A stretch of DNA of 60,292 nt, the filler included, from Deltaproteobacteria bacterium (lineage in GTDB: Bacteria > Myxococcota > JACRCW01), in NCBI GenBank assembly GCA_016218805.1. It is 4 parts of 4 records of this genome, joined end to end, with 100 filler letters (N's around TTAATTAATTAA, not from the genome) between each part and the next. Parts side by side here need not be neighbours in the genome. Positions count along the whole stretch, not along the records: positions 1 to 27,271 come from JACRCW010000165.1; 3 more parts are not named here. One strand, written 5' to 3'. The position numbers and the translations under genes are program-made. Positions 1 through 9,591 of this stretch are shown piece by piece (position 1 is the stretch's first letter; every line of letters starts with the position of its first letter). The notes below the pieces were generated by a model. That model was given only the letters and a program-made list of their open reading frames with translations, did no database searches and was not told where the DNA came from.

Positions 1-243
1 ATACCCGCTGAAATGCAGGAACCGGACGGTGCCGAACTCACCCGACGTGTCAGGCCCCACTTTGCACAGGCCGCGCGGCGCTACCGCGCCGGGGAACGCG
101 CTGCCCAACATGAAACCGAACCCACCGCTGCCGATGAACGGATCGACGTAGTCGATTCCCGAGGTGAAGGACTCCGGCGGTGTTGGGGCTGGGCGCGGGC
201 ACGCCAGCACGCAGGGCAGGGCGAAGAGGGGAAGGAGCCGCAT
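1..243 (-). CDS. GH92 family alpha-mannosidase, N-terminal fragment (lipoprotein; continues beyond window start)
   Basis: Not in the ORF track. Manual translation from ATG 243: MRLLPLFALPCVLAC...DYVDPFIGSGGFGFMLGSAFPGAVAPRGLCKVGPDT...HFSGY, the typical GH92 N-terminus (VDPFIGxGG, FPGA, PDT), with a lipobox-like VLAC. Confidence 0.85.
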   Translation of the reverse strand, partial: MRLLPLFALPCVLACPRPAPTPPESFTSGIDYVDPFIGSGGFGFMLGSAFPGAVAPRGLCKVGPDTSGEFGTVRFLHFSGY

Positions 244-370
244 GGGCGCGTGTTTGGCACGGCGCGGGCGCGGCCGTCACGCGCGAACGTCGAGGTCCCG
301 GGGCCGCCGGATCGCGCCCGCACGAATTTGCCGCGTCCTTCCGCCACTGTGGACGCATTGCTGGATCTTT

Positions 371-397
371 GAATCCGCGGACGGCTTTGTGATCGTC
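371..397 (+). promoter_or_regulatory. Possible ECF-sigma promoter (GAATCC-N17-CGTC)
   Basis: GAATCC at 371-376 and CGTC at 394-397 lie just upstream of an ECF sigma operon, and ECF operons are often autoregulated. Inference only. Confidence 0.3.
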
Positions 398-417
398 AGA
401 CTGGTGTCCCAGGAAGC

Positions 418-1029
418 ATGGAGCCCACCGTGAAGAAGCTGACCGTTGTGATGTTGCTGTCCGTTGCCGCCCCGTCCGCGCTGTTGGCGGAAGACGCCGC
501 GCCCGTGCCGGCGCAACCTGCTGACGAGCGCGCCCTGCCTCCCATCCCCCCCGAGGCGCTGCAGAAGCTGTCCCCCGCCGACATCAAGGAACTCCTCCAG
601 CAGCGCGAAAAGACGCTGTTGCGCCTGGAGGGCATTCGCAACCACGAGGACGAAGACGACTCCAAGGTGGCCATCCTGGTCCCGGGGTTCTTCTTCCTGG
701 CGATCATCGCCGCCATTGTGACGACGCTGCTGTACCGCGCGCGCAAGGACCGGCTGCTGCACCAGACGCTGGGCGCCATGATTGAAAAAGGCGTGAACAT
801 TCCGCCCGAGCTGTTGACGCCACCGCAGCAGAAGGCGAATGACCTGCGGCGCGGGTTCGTGCTTGTGCTCGGCGGGTTTGCGGGGTGTTTGTTTGGATTG
901 TTTACGCAGGGATTCGCGGCGGGGACGTGGAGCGCGGGGCTCATTCCCATGCTCATTGGGGTTGGGTACGTGCTGGCGTGGGCGGTGGAGAAGCGCCAGG
1001 CAGCCGTCTCCCGCGGTGCAGAAGGCTGA
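418..1029 (+). CDS. Membrane protein with signal peptide, DUF6249-like
   Basis: Signal peptide, a TM helix, the MIEKGVNIPPELL...DLRRGFVL motif, two more TMs and GLIPMLIGVGY; lies upstream of an ECF sigma. Start may be GTG 430. Confidence 0.7.
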   Translation: MEPTVKKLTVVMLLSVAAPSALLAEDAAPVPAQPADERALPPIPPEALQKLSPADIKELLQQREKTLLRLEGIRNHEDEDDSKVAILVPGFFFLAIIAAIVTTLLYRARKDRLLHQTLGAMIEKGVNIPPELLTPPQQKANDLRRGFVLVLGGFAGCLFGLFTQGFAAGTWSAGLIPMLIGVGYVLAWAVEKRQAAVSRGAEG

Positions 1030-1041
1030 CGGGCCCGCGCC

Positions 1042-1590
1042 GTGACGCCTGCTGACGCGGACCTGGTGGCGCGGGTTCTCGTCCATGACGACCGCCACGC
1101 GTTTGCCACGCTGGTGCGCAACCACCAGTCACCGGTGCGCCTGTTCCTGCGGCGGCTGTGCCGGGATGACGCGCTGGCGGATGACCTTGCGCAGGAGACG
1201 TTTGTGCGGGTGTGGCGGCACCTGGGCTCTTGGCGCCGGGAGGCACGCTTCCAGACCTGGCTGTTCCAGGTGGCCTACAACCTGTTTCTCTCCGAGTTGC
1301 GCCGCCGCCGCCCCACCGAGGCGCTGTCCGCCGACGGCGAAGCGGTTGACGCGGTGCAGGCGCCGCGCGGGGACGCGGTGCACCTGCAGCATGACGTGGC
1401 GCACGCGCTGGCAGTACTCTCCCTGGATGAACGTGCGGCCATCACGCTGTGCTTCCAGCACGGGCTGACACACCAGGAAGCCGCGGAGGTGCTGGCCATG
1501 CCGCTGGGAACGGTGAAGACGCACGTCCTGCGGGGACGCGAAAAACTCAGGAAACGCCTCGGGGCGTGGGAAGGCGCGGGTGCTCCATGA
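1042..1590 (+). CDS. ECF (sigma-70 group 4) RNA polymerase sigma factor
   Basis: Region 2 ADDLAQETFVRVW...FQTWL and region 4 LTHQEAAEVLAMPLGTVKTHVLRGR. Confidence 0.95.
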   Translation: MTPADADLVARVLVHDDRHAFATLVRNHQSPVRLFLRRLCRDDALADDLAQETFVRVWRHLGSWRREARFQTWLFQVAYNLFLSELRRRRPTEALSADGEAVDAVQAPRGDAVHLQHDVAHALAVLSLDERAAITLCFQHGLTHQEAAEVLAMPLGTVKTHVLRGREKLRKRLGAWEGAGAP

Positions 1591-1913
1591 ACGCGGAACG
1601 GGATCCCCAATTGGAGTCGCTGTTCGCTCCTCCGGCGCACGTGGATGACGCCGGGTTCACGGACCGTGTGTTGGCGCGGCTACCGGCGCGGCGCGCGGTG
1701 AATCCATGGTGGCGGCGGGCCATCCTGGCGGGGGCGGGCGCTGCCGCCGCGGCGGTGGGCCTGGGCGCGCCCACGGTGTTGGCGGCGGTGCAGGGCGTGT
1801 TCACCACTGCGGTGACCCAGGTTGCCTCCGGCGGTGTTCCCGTTGTCAGCCTGGTCATGGCGGGGCTGCTGGCGTGGAGCGCCGCGGCGGTGGTCCTGGA
1901 AGAGCGCGCGTGA
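1587..1913 (+). CDS. Small membrane protein, putative anti-sigma factor
   Basis: ATG 1587 overlaps the sigma stop (ATGA); DDAGFTDRVLARLP cytoplasmic motif followed by 2 TM segments. Confidence 0.65.
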   Translation: MNAERDPQLESLFAPPAHVDDAGFTDRVLARLPARRAVNPWWRRAILAGAGAAAAAVGLGAPTVLAAVQGVFTTAVTQVASGGVPVVSLVMAGLLAWSAAAVVLEERA

Positions 1914-2641
1914 CCCTCACGGACGAACGCCTGCTGCGCAGTTCCGTAGGCGCGGTGTGGCTGTTGACCGCGGTGACGTGCGTTTTCCCGTCCTACCAGG
2001 CGGTTGGGAATACTTACCTGTCCAGGTTGGGGCTCGGCCCATCCTGGATGTACGCCACCTGCGTGGCTGAAGGCGTCGTCGCGCTGGTGGTGCTTGCACG
2101 CCCGACGGGCGCGTGGCTGACGGCGTTGCAGGTGGCCGCGGTCACGGTGTTCACGCTGGTGCTCGCCGTGATGGAGCCCATGTTGTTGGTGAGCCCGTTC
2201 GGGTTCCTGTCCAAGAACGTCCCGTTTGTCCTGGTGGCGTGGGCGGCGTGGGAGCTTGGCCACGGGGATCCGCAGGACCGTGCGCGCCGCCTCGTCCGGT
2301 CCGCGGCGGCCCTGCCGTGGCTCACGGAGGGCCTCCTGCCCAAGATTCTCTTCCAGCAGGGTGTAGAACTGGCGCTGGTGCCGCGCCTGGGGCTGTCCAC
2401 GTCGCCAGCGTTGGTGGTGGGCGCCCTGGGCGTGGCGCAGCTGCTTTCCGGCGTGGCGGCGCTGCTGCTGCGCGGCGGCGCGCTCCGGGCAGTCCTGGCC
2501 GCCCAGGCAGCGGCGCTGGTCCTGCTGCCCGTCGTCATCGGCGCGCTGGAGCCCGCCTTGTGGGTGCACCCGTTCGGGCCATTCTCCAAGAACCTCCCCA
2601 TCCTCGCGGCGACCCTCGTCGCGTTCCGGAGCACGCGGTGA
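1910..2641 (+). CDS. DoxX-like membrane protein with two tandem DoxX-like halves
   Basis: GTG 1910 overlaps the previous stop; repeated motif PFGFLSKNVP / PFGPFSKNLP; hydrophobic throughout. Confidence 0.75.
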   Translation: MTLTDERLLRSSVGAVWLLTAVTCVFPSYQAVGNTYLSRLGLGPSWMYATCVAEGVVALVVLARPTGAWLTALQVAAVTVFTLVLAVMEPMLLVSPFGFLSKNVPFVLVAWAAWELGHGDPQDRARRLVRSAAALPWLTEGLLPKILFQQGVELALVPRLGLSTSPALVVGALGVAQLLSGVAALLLRGGALRAVLAAQAAALVLLPVVIGALEPALWVHPFGPFSKNLPILAATLVAFRSTR

Positions 2642-3120
2642 GCGTCAACGTCTACTTCGTGCTCAAGACGCTGCACATCCTGGCGGCGATTCTCTTCCTT
2701 GGCTTTGGGCTGGCCAGCTTCTTCTACAAGGCGCTGGCGTTCCGCTCCGGTGAGCCGCGCGTGGTGCTGTGGTGCGATCGGCAGATCGTCCTTGCGGACT
2801 GGATCTTCACCGTACCCTCCGGCCTGCTGTTGCCGCTCACGGGCATGGCAATGGCGCTGCTGTTCCACCTGCCGTTGTTCTCCGGTTGGCTGGCAGTGGG
2901 ATTTGCGGGGTACGCCGTGGCGGGTTTGACGTGGCTACCCGCCGCGGTGTTGCAGGTCCGCATGCGCCGCCTGGCTGAGCGCGCCGTGACGACGGGAACC
3001 GCGCTCCCCGCGGAGTACGGCCGGGCGCTGCAGCGCTGGGCCCTGCTGGGAGTCCCGTCCTTCCTGGCCACGCTGGTGACGTTGTGGGCCATGGTGTCCA
3101 AGTGGTCACCCGGCGGGTGA
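2638..3120 (+). CDS. DUF2269 family integral membrane protein
   Basis: GTG 2638; YFVLKTLHILAAILFLG...ADWIFTVP...WLPAAVLQVRMRRLA...LGVPSF...MVSK; commonly paired with DoxX-like genes. Confidence 0.8.
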   Translation: MSVNVYFVLKTLHILAAILFLGFGLASFFYKALAFRSGEPRVVLWCDRQIVLADWIFTVPSGLLLPLTGMAMALLFHLPLFSGWLAVGFAGYAVAGLTWLPAAVLQVRMRRLAERAVTTGTALPAEYGRALQRWALLGVPSFLATLVTLWAMVSKWSPGG

Positions 3121-3155
3121 GCGCCATGCGTGTCGTGGTGTTCGCCGCCGCGCGG

Positions 3156-3953
3156 TCAACGCGCGTCGTCGTTGCGCGGGCGGGTGGTGCCCACCAGGAG
3201 CATGGTCCCGCCCGCGGCGGCAAACGGCAGGGTGAACGGGAACAGCATCATGAACCAGCACGCGGCGCCGAATCCCGCGCACGCGGCCTTGTTGGCCAGG
3301 ATGAGACGCACGCGGTCCCGCACGCCCAGGCGGCGGCGTTCAGCCGGCCAGTCAATCATCTGCAGGCACAGGAACAGCACGGTCACGGACGCCTGGAACA
3401 GCGGGCCCAACACGGTGCCAATCCCGGGAATGAATGAGATCACCATCGTCACGGCCAGGCACGGCAGGTACAGCAGCAACAAGGCTCCCTGGATGCGCGT
3501 GGTGCGCCACACGCTCTCCAGTGCGCCCGGGCCCATGGGGACGGTTTCCCGCGTGAGCAGCGCTTCCACGCGCTGGCTCATCACGTCCAGAAACGGGCTG
3601 GCCACCGCGCTGCCCACGGCGGAGATCACCAGCAACGCGGTCAGGCCCAGCACCAGCGCCACGACGACCCATACCAGCCAGGACAGCAGCATCACCGGGA
3701 ACGCCCAGACTCCGTCCGGCGTGGACCACGGGAACAGGAAGTGGTGCACCGGCCCAATGCCCTGCCACGCCACCCACCCGCCCACGGGATACAGCGCCAG
3801 GTTGATGCACAGCGGCACCAGGGCAATCCGCAGCAGCGCCGGTGACCGCAGCGTCATCAGCACGCCCTGCATCACGCACCACGCGCCGGTCCACGCGCGC
3901 CGCGGCAGCGACGAGCGGACAAGGTAGTGGTGAAGCTGATGCAGTGGGTCCAC
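3156..3953 (-). CDS. EI24/CysZ-like membrane protein
   Basis: GTG 3953 with GGAGG upstream; VASPFLDVMSQRVE, FIPGIG and DWPAERR motifs typical of CysZ/EI24. Confidence 0.8.
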   Translation of the reverse strand: MDPLHQLHHYLVRSSLPRRAWTGAWCVMQGVLMTLRSPALLRIALVPLCINLALYPVGGWVAWQGIGPVHHFLFPWSTPDGVWAFPVMLLSWLVWVVVALVLGLTALLVISAVGSAVASPFLDVMSQRVEALLTRETVPMGPGALESVWRTTRIQGALLLLYLPCLAVTMVISFIPGIGTVLGPLFQASVTVLFLCLQMIDWPAERRRLGVRDRVRLILANKAACAGFGAACWFMMLFPFTLPFAAAGGTMLLVGTTRPRNDDAR

Positions 3954-3988
3954 GGTCCTCCCTGTGTATGGAAACGCGCGTTGCGTGG

Positions 3989-5296
3989 TCAACCGGGAGG
4001 CGCCGCCGGCGCGGCGGCGGCCTGGGCCGCTTCCTTCTCCGCCAGTTCCCGGTCGTAACGGCGGATGAACGGCCAGAACACCAGCGCACTGCATGCAATG
4101 TTCACCAGCACCAGCACCACCGCCTTCCAGTCTCCGCGGGTGGTGAGCCAGGCGCACAGCGGTGCCGGCAGCGTCCAGGGGAAGTCCAAGCGCGGCCGCT
4201 CCACCAGTCCCAGCGTCAGCGCAAAATACGTGAGCGTGACGCTGATGAGCGGCCCCACAATGAACGGCACCACCATGCGGCGGTTCATGACAATGGGAAC
4301 GCCGAACAGGATGGGCTCGTTGATGTTGAACAGCGCGGGCACCGCCGCCGCACGGCCAATGGAGCGCAGCGTGGCTGACTTGGCGCGCCACATCAGGAAC
4401 GGCACGGCCAGCGTCCCGCCGCTGCCGCCAAACCACACAAACGCCAGGTACGTTTCGCGCGGGGCAATGTGCGGCAGGGCCTGGCCCGCCGCGGCGGCAA
4501 CCTGGTTTTCACCCAGCATCTGGAACCAGACGGGCTTGGCCACGGAGAGCACCGCGGAGGGATGCACGCCCAACAGCCAGAACACGCTGTCCACCAGCGC
4601 AATGGACACCATGGCAAACCAGCTGTCCCCCGCCGTCACCAACGGCCGCGCCAGCGTGGTCACCACCTCGTGCACGTCAAAACCCAGCACGTGGACAATG
4701 AGCCAGGTGGACGTGATGGACACCAGCGCGGGCAGCAGGCTGATGAATGACTGCACAATGGGTTCCGGCGCACCGCCCGGCAGGCGGATGACCAGGTTGC
4801 GCGCCACCATGAAGCGCTGGATCTCCACGGCAAAGATGGACAGCACCAGCGCGGGGAAGATCCCGGAGGGCCCCAGCAGTTCGCTCTGGAGCCCGAAGCC
4901 CGCCAGCGGCTTGCCATCCGCGCCCGGCGCCAGCGCGGCGGGATGCGTGGACGTCAGCAGGCACGCCACGGACAGCAGGCCGCCCGCCAGCGGGTCCACG
5001 CCGTACCGCTTGGCCAGCGAATGCCCGACGCCAAACGCGACGTACAGCGCAATCACCTTGGTGAGCATCTTGAAGGGCAACAGGATCAACGGGAGATACG
5101 GGTTGACGGATTCCTGCAGCGACGGGAACGGCGGCTGCGCCACCAGCAGGAACGCGGACGCGACGAGGATCAGCGGCAGCGCGCCGACGACGCCGTCCCG
5201 CACCGCCAGCAGGTGCTTGCTGTTGGACAACGCGTCGGCCACCGACTGAAGGCGGCGGGAGGCGGCAGAGGGAACGGCGGGCGTGGCGGCTGACAT
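3989..5296 (-). CDS. PTS sugar transporter subunit IIC (Lac/cellobiose-chitobiose, ChbC/CelB-like)
   Basis: HLLAVRDG, FWLLGVHP, GGSGGTL, PALFNINEPILFGVPIVMN and PWTLP motifs; start MSAATP at 5296. Confidence 0.92.
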   Translation of the reverse strand: MSAATPAVPSAASRRLQSVADALSNSKHLLAVRDGVVGALPLILVASAFLLVAQPPFPSLQESVNPYLPLILLPFKMLTKVIALYVAFGVGHSLAKRYGVDPLAGGLLSVACLLTSTHPAALAPGADGKPLAGFGLQSELLGPSGIFPALVLSIFAVEIQRFMVARNLVIRLPGGAPEPIVQSFISLLPALVSITSTWLIVHVLGFDVHEVVTTLARPLVTAGDSWFAMVSIALVDSVFWLLGVHPSAVLSVAKPVWFQMLGENQVAAAAGQALPHIAPRETYLAFVWFGGSGGTLAVPFLMWRAKSATLRSIGRAAAVPALFNINEPILFGVPIVMNRRMVVPFIVGPLISVTLTYFALTLGLVERPRLDFPWTLPAPLCAWLTTRGDWKAVVLVLVNIACSALVFWPFIRRYDRELAEKEAAQAAAAPAAPPG

Positions 5297-5362
5297 GGGG
5301 GCTCGGGCGCAAGCTCTTACGGGAGGTGGCGCCCCCATGGGAAGGCGTGGCAGGGTTCACGC

Positions 5363-6031
5363 ATGGTCGGCACCCGGTGGTTGGTCCTCCTCGCTGGCGT
5401 CCTTCTGGGGTTGGCGTGCAACAAGGGTGACCCCGCGCCCGCCAAGGGCGTCACGCCCAGCGGCGTGCGGTTGCAGGCCGCGCAGAAGATTGCCGCGGCG
5501 CCCATCAGCATCCAGATTCCCCGCGGCTGGGTGTTTGAGCGCATGGAGGGAAGTGACGCACCTGAGAAGGAAGGCCCGCCCCCCGGCGTCATTGACCTGT
5601 CTGAGAGCATTGAGGTGTGGAAGGCCACCCGCCCCTCACCCACCGGGCGCGTGGATCCGTTTGTCACCATCTCCGTGGACCGGCGCCTGCCCAAGGGCAC
5701 CACGCTCATGAAGTACATGGAGACGTTGCGCGCGGACCAGTCCCGCCACGGCCTGCGCATCAAGCACCTGGACACTGAGCGCATCGAACGCGACGGACGC
5801 ATGGGCTACTCGGTGCGTGACTCCATGGAGATGCCGCTGCCCGGCGGCGGGGGCGTGCCGGTGCTGCAGGTGGCGCGCATCTTCGTCAACGGGACCACCG
5901 GGGTGACCGTCACGGGCATGTTCCTGTTTGACGACAAGGACGTGGTGGACATGGAGGTCCGCGCCATCCTGGAATCCATCAAGTTCACCGGGCCGCTTCC
6001 CAAGAACGACACCGAGCAGTTCGTCCCCTGA
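5363..6031 (+). CDS. Lipoprotein of unknown function (PsbP/DcrB-like fold possible)
   Basis: Lipobox LGLAC; SIQIPRGW motif and C-terminal ILESIKF are reminiscent of PsbP/Mog1-like proteins. Confidence 0.65.
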   Translation: MVGTRWLVLLAGVLLGLACNKGDPAPAKGVTPSGVRLQAAQKIAAAPISIQIPRGWVFERMEGSDAPEKEGPPPGVIDLSESIEVWKATRPSPTGRVDPFVTISVDRRLPKGTTLMKYMETLRADQSRHGLRIKHLDTERIERDGRMGYSVRDSMEMPLPGGGGVPVLQVARIFVNGTTGVTVTGMFLFDDKDVVDMEVRAILESIKFTGPLPKNDTEQFVP

Positions 6032-6032
6032 C

Positions 6033-7928
6033 ATGCGTGACCGCACCGCCCTAGCGCTTGCCGCGGCGGCGCTGGTGCTGCGCGTGGCAGTGCCGGCGGA
6101 CGGCGCGGAGTGGGCGCTGCTGGGCGCCACCGTGGGCGTGGCGGCCGTGCTGGCGCTTCTGGGCGCCGGCCTGCTGCGCGTGCTGGGATTCCAGGGTGCC
6201 GCGCACGCGTTCTGGCCCGCGTCCGTTGTCACCGGGTTTGCCGCGGCCATTGCGCTGACCTCCGCGCCGCTGGCGTTTGGGTTGGCGCAGCGCGCACAGG
6301 GGATGGCGCTGCTCACGGGCCTGCTGGCGCTGGGCGTTGCCGCGCTGCTGGCACCGGGCGGTTCCACGTCGTGGCGGGAGGCCGCGCTGGCCGGGGGCGC
6401 GCCCGCGGTGGCACTGCTGTCCGCGTGGTTCCCGCTGGGGATGGGCGGCGCCTGGAGCGTGGCGGGGCATGACCTGGACACGCTGCAGCACCAGGACGGC
6501 GCGCTGCACGCGGTGATGGCGCTGCTGGCCACGGAGGGTACGCGCACCGCGCCGGGCTACCCGCTGGGGCTGCACGCCCTGGCCAGCGGACTGGGGTGGC
6601 TGATGGACCTCACCGTGTTCCAGTCCTTCGCGGTGCTCATGATTCTCGTCGTGGTGGTGCTGGCATGCGCGGCGGCGTGGCTCACCGCCGCTGGCGGCCT
6701 CCCGCCGCTGTTGTGCGCGCTGGCCGGTGCGCTGGCTGCGGCGCACCCGCTGGTGTTGTTCGCGTCCTTTGAGCAGTTTGGTCCCCAGGTGGCGGCGGCC
6801 GCGCTGGTCCCCGGCGTGCTGGCCGCCTGTGCCCATGACGTGCGCGCCAACGACCCGCGCGCGCGCGCCGTGCTTCCCGCGCTGCTGCTCGCCGCGGTGC
6901 TGGGGGCGTACGGTCTCGCGCTCGTTGTGGCGGGTCCGCTGGCGTTGTTGGCGTTGGGGGCGCGGCGCGGCGTGCTGGAAGCCGTGAAGCGGCTTGCGTG
7001 GGTTGCGCTGTTTGCGGCGTGCCTGGCGCCGCTGGGGATGGTGCGGCTGGCGGAGCGCCTGGGTGGCAAGGGTGAAGCGCAAAACCCGGTAAAGGCCACG
7101 CGGCGTACGCATGACAGCAAGGCCCCGGTGGCGCAGAACCTGCTCGCCCCGTCGGTGGATGCGCCCAGCGTGGCGCGTGAAGCCACACACGTGCTCCGCT
7201 GGGAACTGACCGCGGCGCACGTGCTGGGGACCACGCCGTACCGGGACAACTTTGCACGAACTACGCGCCTGGTGGCGGTGCTGGCCGGCCGGTCCACGGC
7301 GGGATGGGTGTCCGGTCCGCTGTGGGCGTGGGCGGCGTTGCTGGTGCCGCTGCTGACCATGATCCTGCTGATGCTGGCGGCCGGTGGCCTGTTCACCAGC
7401 CTGCGCGCGTGGCCCGGCCATCTGTCGGCGGGATGGTTCTGGGCGCTGCCGTCGCTGGGGGCTGCGGTGTGGCTGGGCGCGGGAGGCGGCATCAAGCCGT
7501 ACTACGGATTCAAGATCGGCTCGCTGTGCGCGGGGCTGGTGCTGCCCGCCGCCGTGGTGGGGATGCACCGGCTGGCGGAGCGCACCGGTCCGCGCGCGGC
7601 GCGGGTCCTGTTCTGGCTCGTCGTGGCGGGGCGGCTGCCCGCGCTGCTTGCGGTGGAGGCTGAGTATGGGCGCGCGCTGGCGCTGGATGCATCCTTCACC
7701 CGCCTGGTGCAGCCAGCGCTGACCGCGTCCTGGCACCGTCCCGCATTTGCCGACGACACCAGCCCCACGCGGCAGTTCTGGGAATCACGTCTGCTGTTTG
7801 CACGCGCGCGCGAGCAGGACGCTGCGGAGGACGCGGAGGTGGTCCTGTGCGGACGCGGGCGGGACTGCGTCGTCGAGGGACGGGTGGTGGCGCGCGCGGG
7901 CCCGTACGTGTTGTGGGACCGCCGGTGA
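6033..7928 (+). CDS. Polytopic membrane protein, possible GT-C-fold glycosyltransferase
   Basis: ATG 6033; many TM segments, with a DGALH...GYPLGLHAL loop motif of GT-C-like membrane proteins. Confidence 0.5.
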   Translation: MRDRTALALAAAALVLRVAVPADGAEWALLGATVGVAAVLALLGAGLLRVLGFQGAAHAFWPASVVTGFAAAIALTSAPLAFGLAQRAQGMALLTGLLALGVAALLAPGGSTSWREAALAGGAPAVALLSAWFPLGMGGAWSVAGHDLDTLQHQDGALHAVMALLATEGTRTAPGYPLGLHALASGLGWLMDLTVFQSFAVLMILVVVVLACAAAWLTAAGGLPPLLCALAGALAAAHPLVLFASFEQFGPQVAAAALVPGVLAACAHDVRANDPRARAVLPALLLAAVLGAYGLALVVAGPLALLALGARRGVLEAVKRLAWVALFAACLAPLGMVRLAERLGGKGEAQNPVKATRRTHDSKAPVAQNLLAPSVDAPSVAREATHVLRWELTAAHVLGTTPYRDNFARTTRLVAVLAGRSTAGWVSGPLWAWAALLVPLLTMILLMLAAGGLFTSLRAWPGHLSAGWFWALPSLGAAVWLGAGGGIKPYYGFKIGSLCAGLVLPAAVVGMHRLAERTGPRAARVLFWLVVAGRLPALLAVEAEYGRALALDASFTRLVQPALTASWHRPAFADDTSPTRQFWESRLLFARAREQDAAEDAEVVLCGRGRDCVVEGRVVARAGPYVLWDRR

Positions 7929-7996
7929 CGTGCGCTTGATGCCCCGCCCGTCACCAAGTAAGCGGCGCGCCTTCTGAACCCCCGCAGGAGGACGAC

Positions 7997-9532
7997 GTGG
8001 CCAGCCCGTTGACCCAGACGCTGAAGGAAAAATCCGCGGAGGTCCGCAAGGGCGGCGCGCCCAAATACCATGAGAAGAACCGCCAGGACGGCAAGCTGTT
8101 CTGCCGCGAACGCATTGAATTGCTCGTGGACGCGGGTTCGTTTGTGGAGGACGGGCTGCTGGCCAACAACCAGTCCCAGGAACTGCTCCCGGCTGACGGC
8201 GTGGTGACCGGCATTGCGCGCATTCAGGGGCGCCCGGTGGCCATCATGGCCAATGACAGCACCGTCAAGGCCGGCAGCTGGGGCTCGCGCACCGTGGAGA
8301 AGATTCTCCGCATTCAGGAGCAGGCGGGCCGGTACGCCATTCCCATGTTTTACCTGGTGGACAGCGCGGGGGCGCGCATCACCGACCAGTTGGACATGTT
8401 CCCGGGGCGCCGCCACGCGGGGAAGATCTTTGAGATGGAGGTGAAGCTCAGCGGCGCGGTGCCGCAGGTGTGCCTGCTGTTTGGCCCGTCCGCGGCGGGG
8501 GGTGCGTACATCCCCGCGTTCTGTGACGTGGTGTTCATGGTGGAAGGCAACGCCAGCATGTACCTGGGCAGCCCGCGCATGGCGGAGATGGTCATTGGCG
8601 AGAAGATCACGCTGGAGGACCTGGGCGGCGCGCGCATGCACTGCGAAGTGTCCGGCTGCGGTGACTTCCTGTGCAAGGACGAGAAAGAGGCCATTGCACT
8701 GGCGCGGCAGTACATCGGGTATTTCCCGCAGCGCGCGTTTGAACAGCCGCCGCTGGCGGAACCGCGCCCGCCCAAGAAGTCCCGCGCCATCGACGACATC
8801 ATCCCGCCCAAGGAGAACCAGTCGTTTGACATGTATGAGCTGATCAACGCCATTGTGGACGAAGACAGCTGGATGGATGTGAAGAAGCGCTACGCCAAGG
8901 AGATCATCACCGGGTTCGCGCGGCTCAAGGGCCGCGTCGTCGGCGTGGTGGCCAGCCAGCCCAAGTACCTGGGCGGGGTGTTGTTTGTGAACAGCGCGGA
9001 CAAGGGGGCGCGGTTCATCAACCTGTGTGATGCGTTTGAGATTCCCATCCTGTTCATTGCGGATGTGCCCGGGTTCATGATCGGCAGCAAGGTGGAGCGT
9101 GAGGGCATCATCCGCCACGGCGCCAAGATGATCTCCAACGTGTCTGAAGCGTCCGTTCCCAAGTTCTCGCTCGTCGTGCGCAAGGCGTACGGTGCGGGGC
9201 TGTACGCCATGTGCGGGCCCGGGTATTCGCCGGATGCGGCGCTGGCGCTTCCGCAGGCGTCCATTGCGGTGATGGGCGCGGAGGCCGCCGTCAACGCGGT
9301 GTACTTCAACAAGATCCAGGAGAAGCCGGAGGCGGAGCGCGCCGCGTACGTGGAGCAGCTGCGCACGGAGTACCGGCATGACGTGGACATCTACAAGGTC
9401 GCCTCGGACCTGCACATTGACGGCATTGTCCCCGGCGAATCCGTCCGCGACGAGCTGTCCGCCCGGCTGGAGGCGGCGCTCACCCGCAACGATCCGCGCT
9501 ACAAGAAGAAGCGCGGCGTCATCCCGGTGTGA
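7997..9532 (+). CDS. Acyl-CoA carboxylase carboxyltransferase (beta) subunit
   Basis: ADGVVTG, ANDSTVKAGSWG, DSAGAR, AAGGAY, DVPGFMIG and RKAYGAG motifs; RBS GGAGG. Confidence 0.95.
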   Translation: MASPLTQTLKEKSAEVRKGGAPKYHEKNRQDGKLFCRERIELLVDAGSFVEDGLLANNQSQELLPADGVVTGIARIQGRPVAIMANDSTVKAGSWGSRTVEKILRIQEQAGRYAIPMFYLVDSAGARITDQLDMFPGRRHAGKIFEMEVKLSGAVPQVCLLFGPSAAGGAYIPAFCDVVFMVEGNASMYLGSPRMAEMVIGEKITLEDLGGARMHCEVSGCGDFLCKDEKEAIALARQYIGYFPQRAFEQPPLAEPRPPKKSRAIDDIIPPKENQSFDMYELINAIVDEDSWMDVKKRYAKEIITGFARLKGRVVGVVASQPKYLGGVLFVNSADKGARFINLCDAFEIPILFIADVPGFMIGSKVEREGIIRHGAKMISNVSEASVPKFSLVVRKAYGAGLYAMCGPGYSPDAALALPQASIAVMGAEAAVNAVYFNKIQEKPEAERAAYVEQLRTEYRHDVDIYKVASDLHIDGIVPGESVRDELSARLEAALTRNDPRYKKKRGVIPV

Positions 9533-9591
9533 GGCGGTCCGCGCTGCCAAACCGCGCGCCAACTGCTACGCTGCGCACCACGGGTGCAGCC

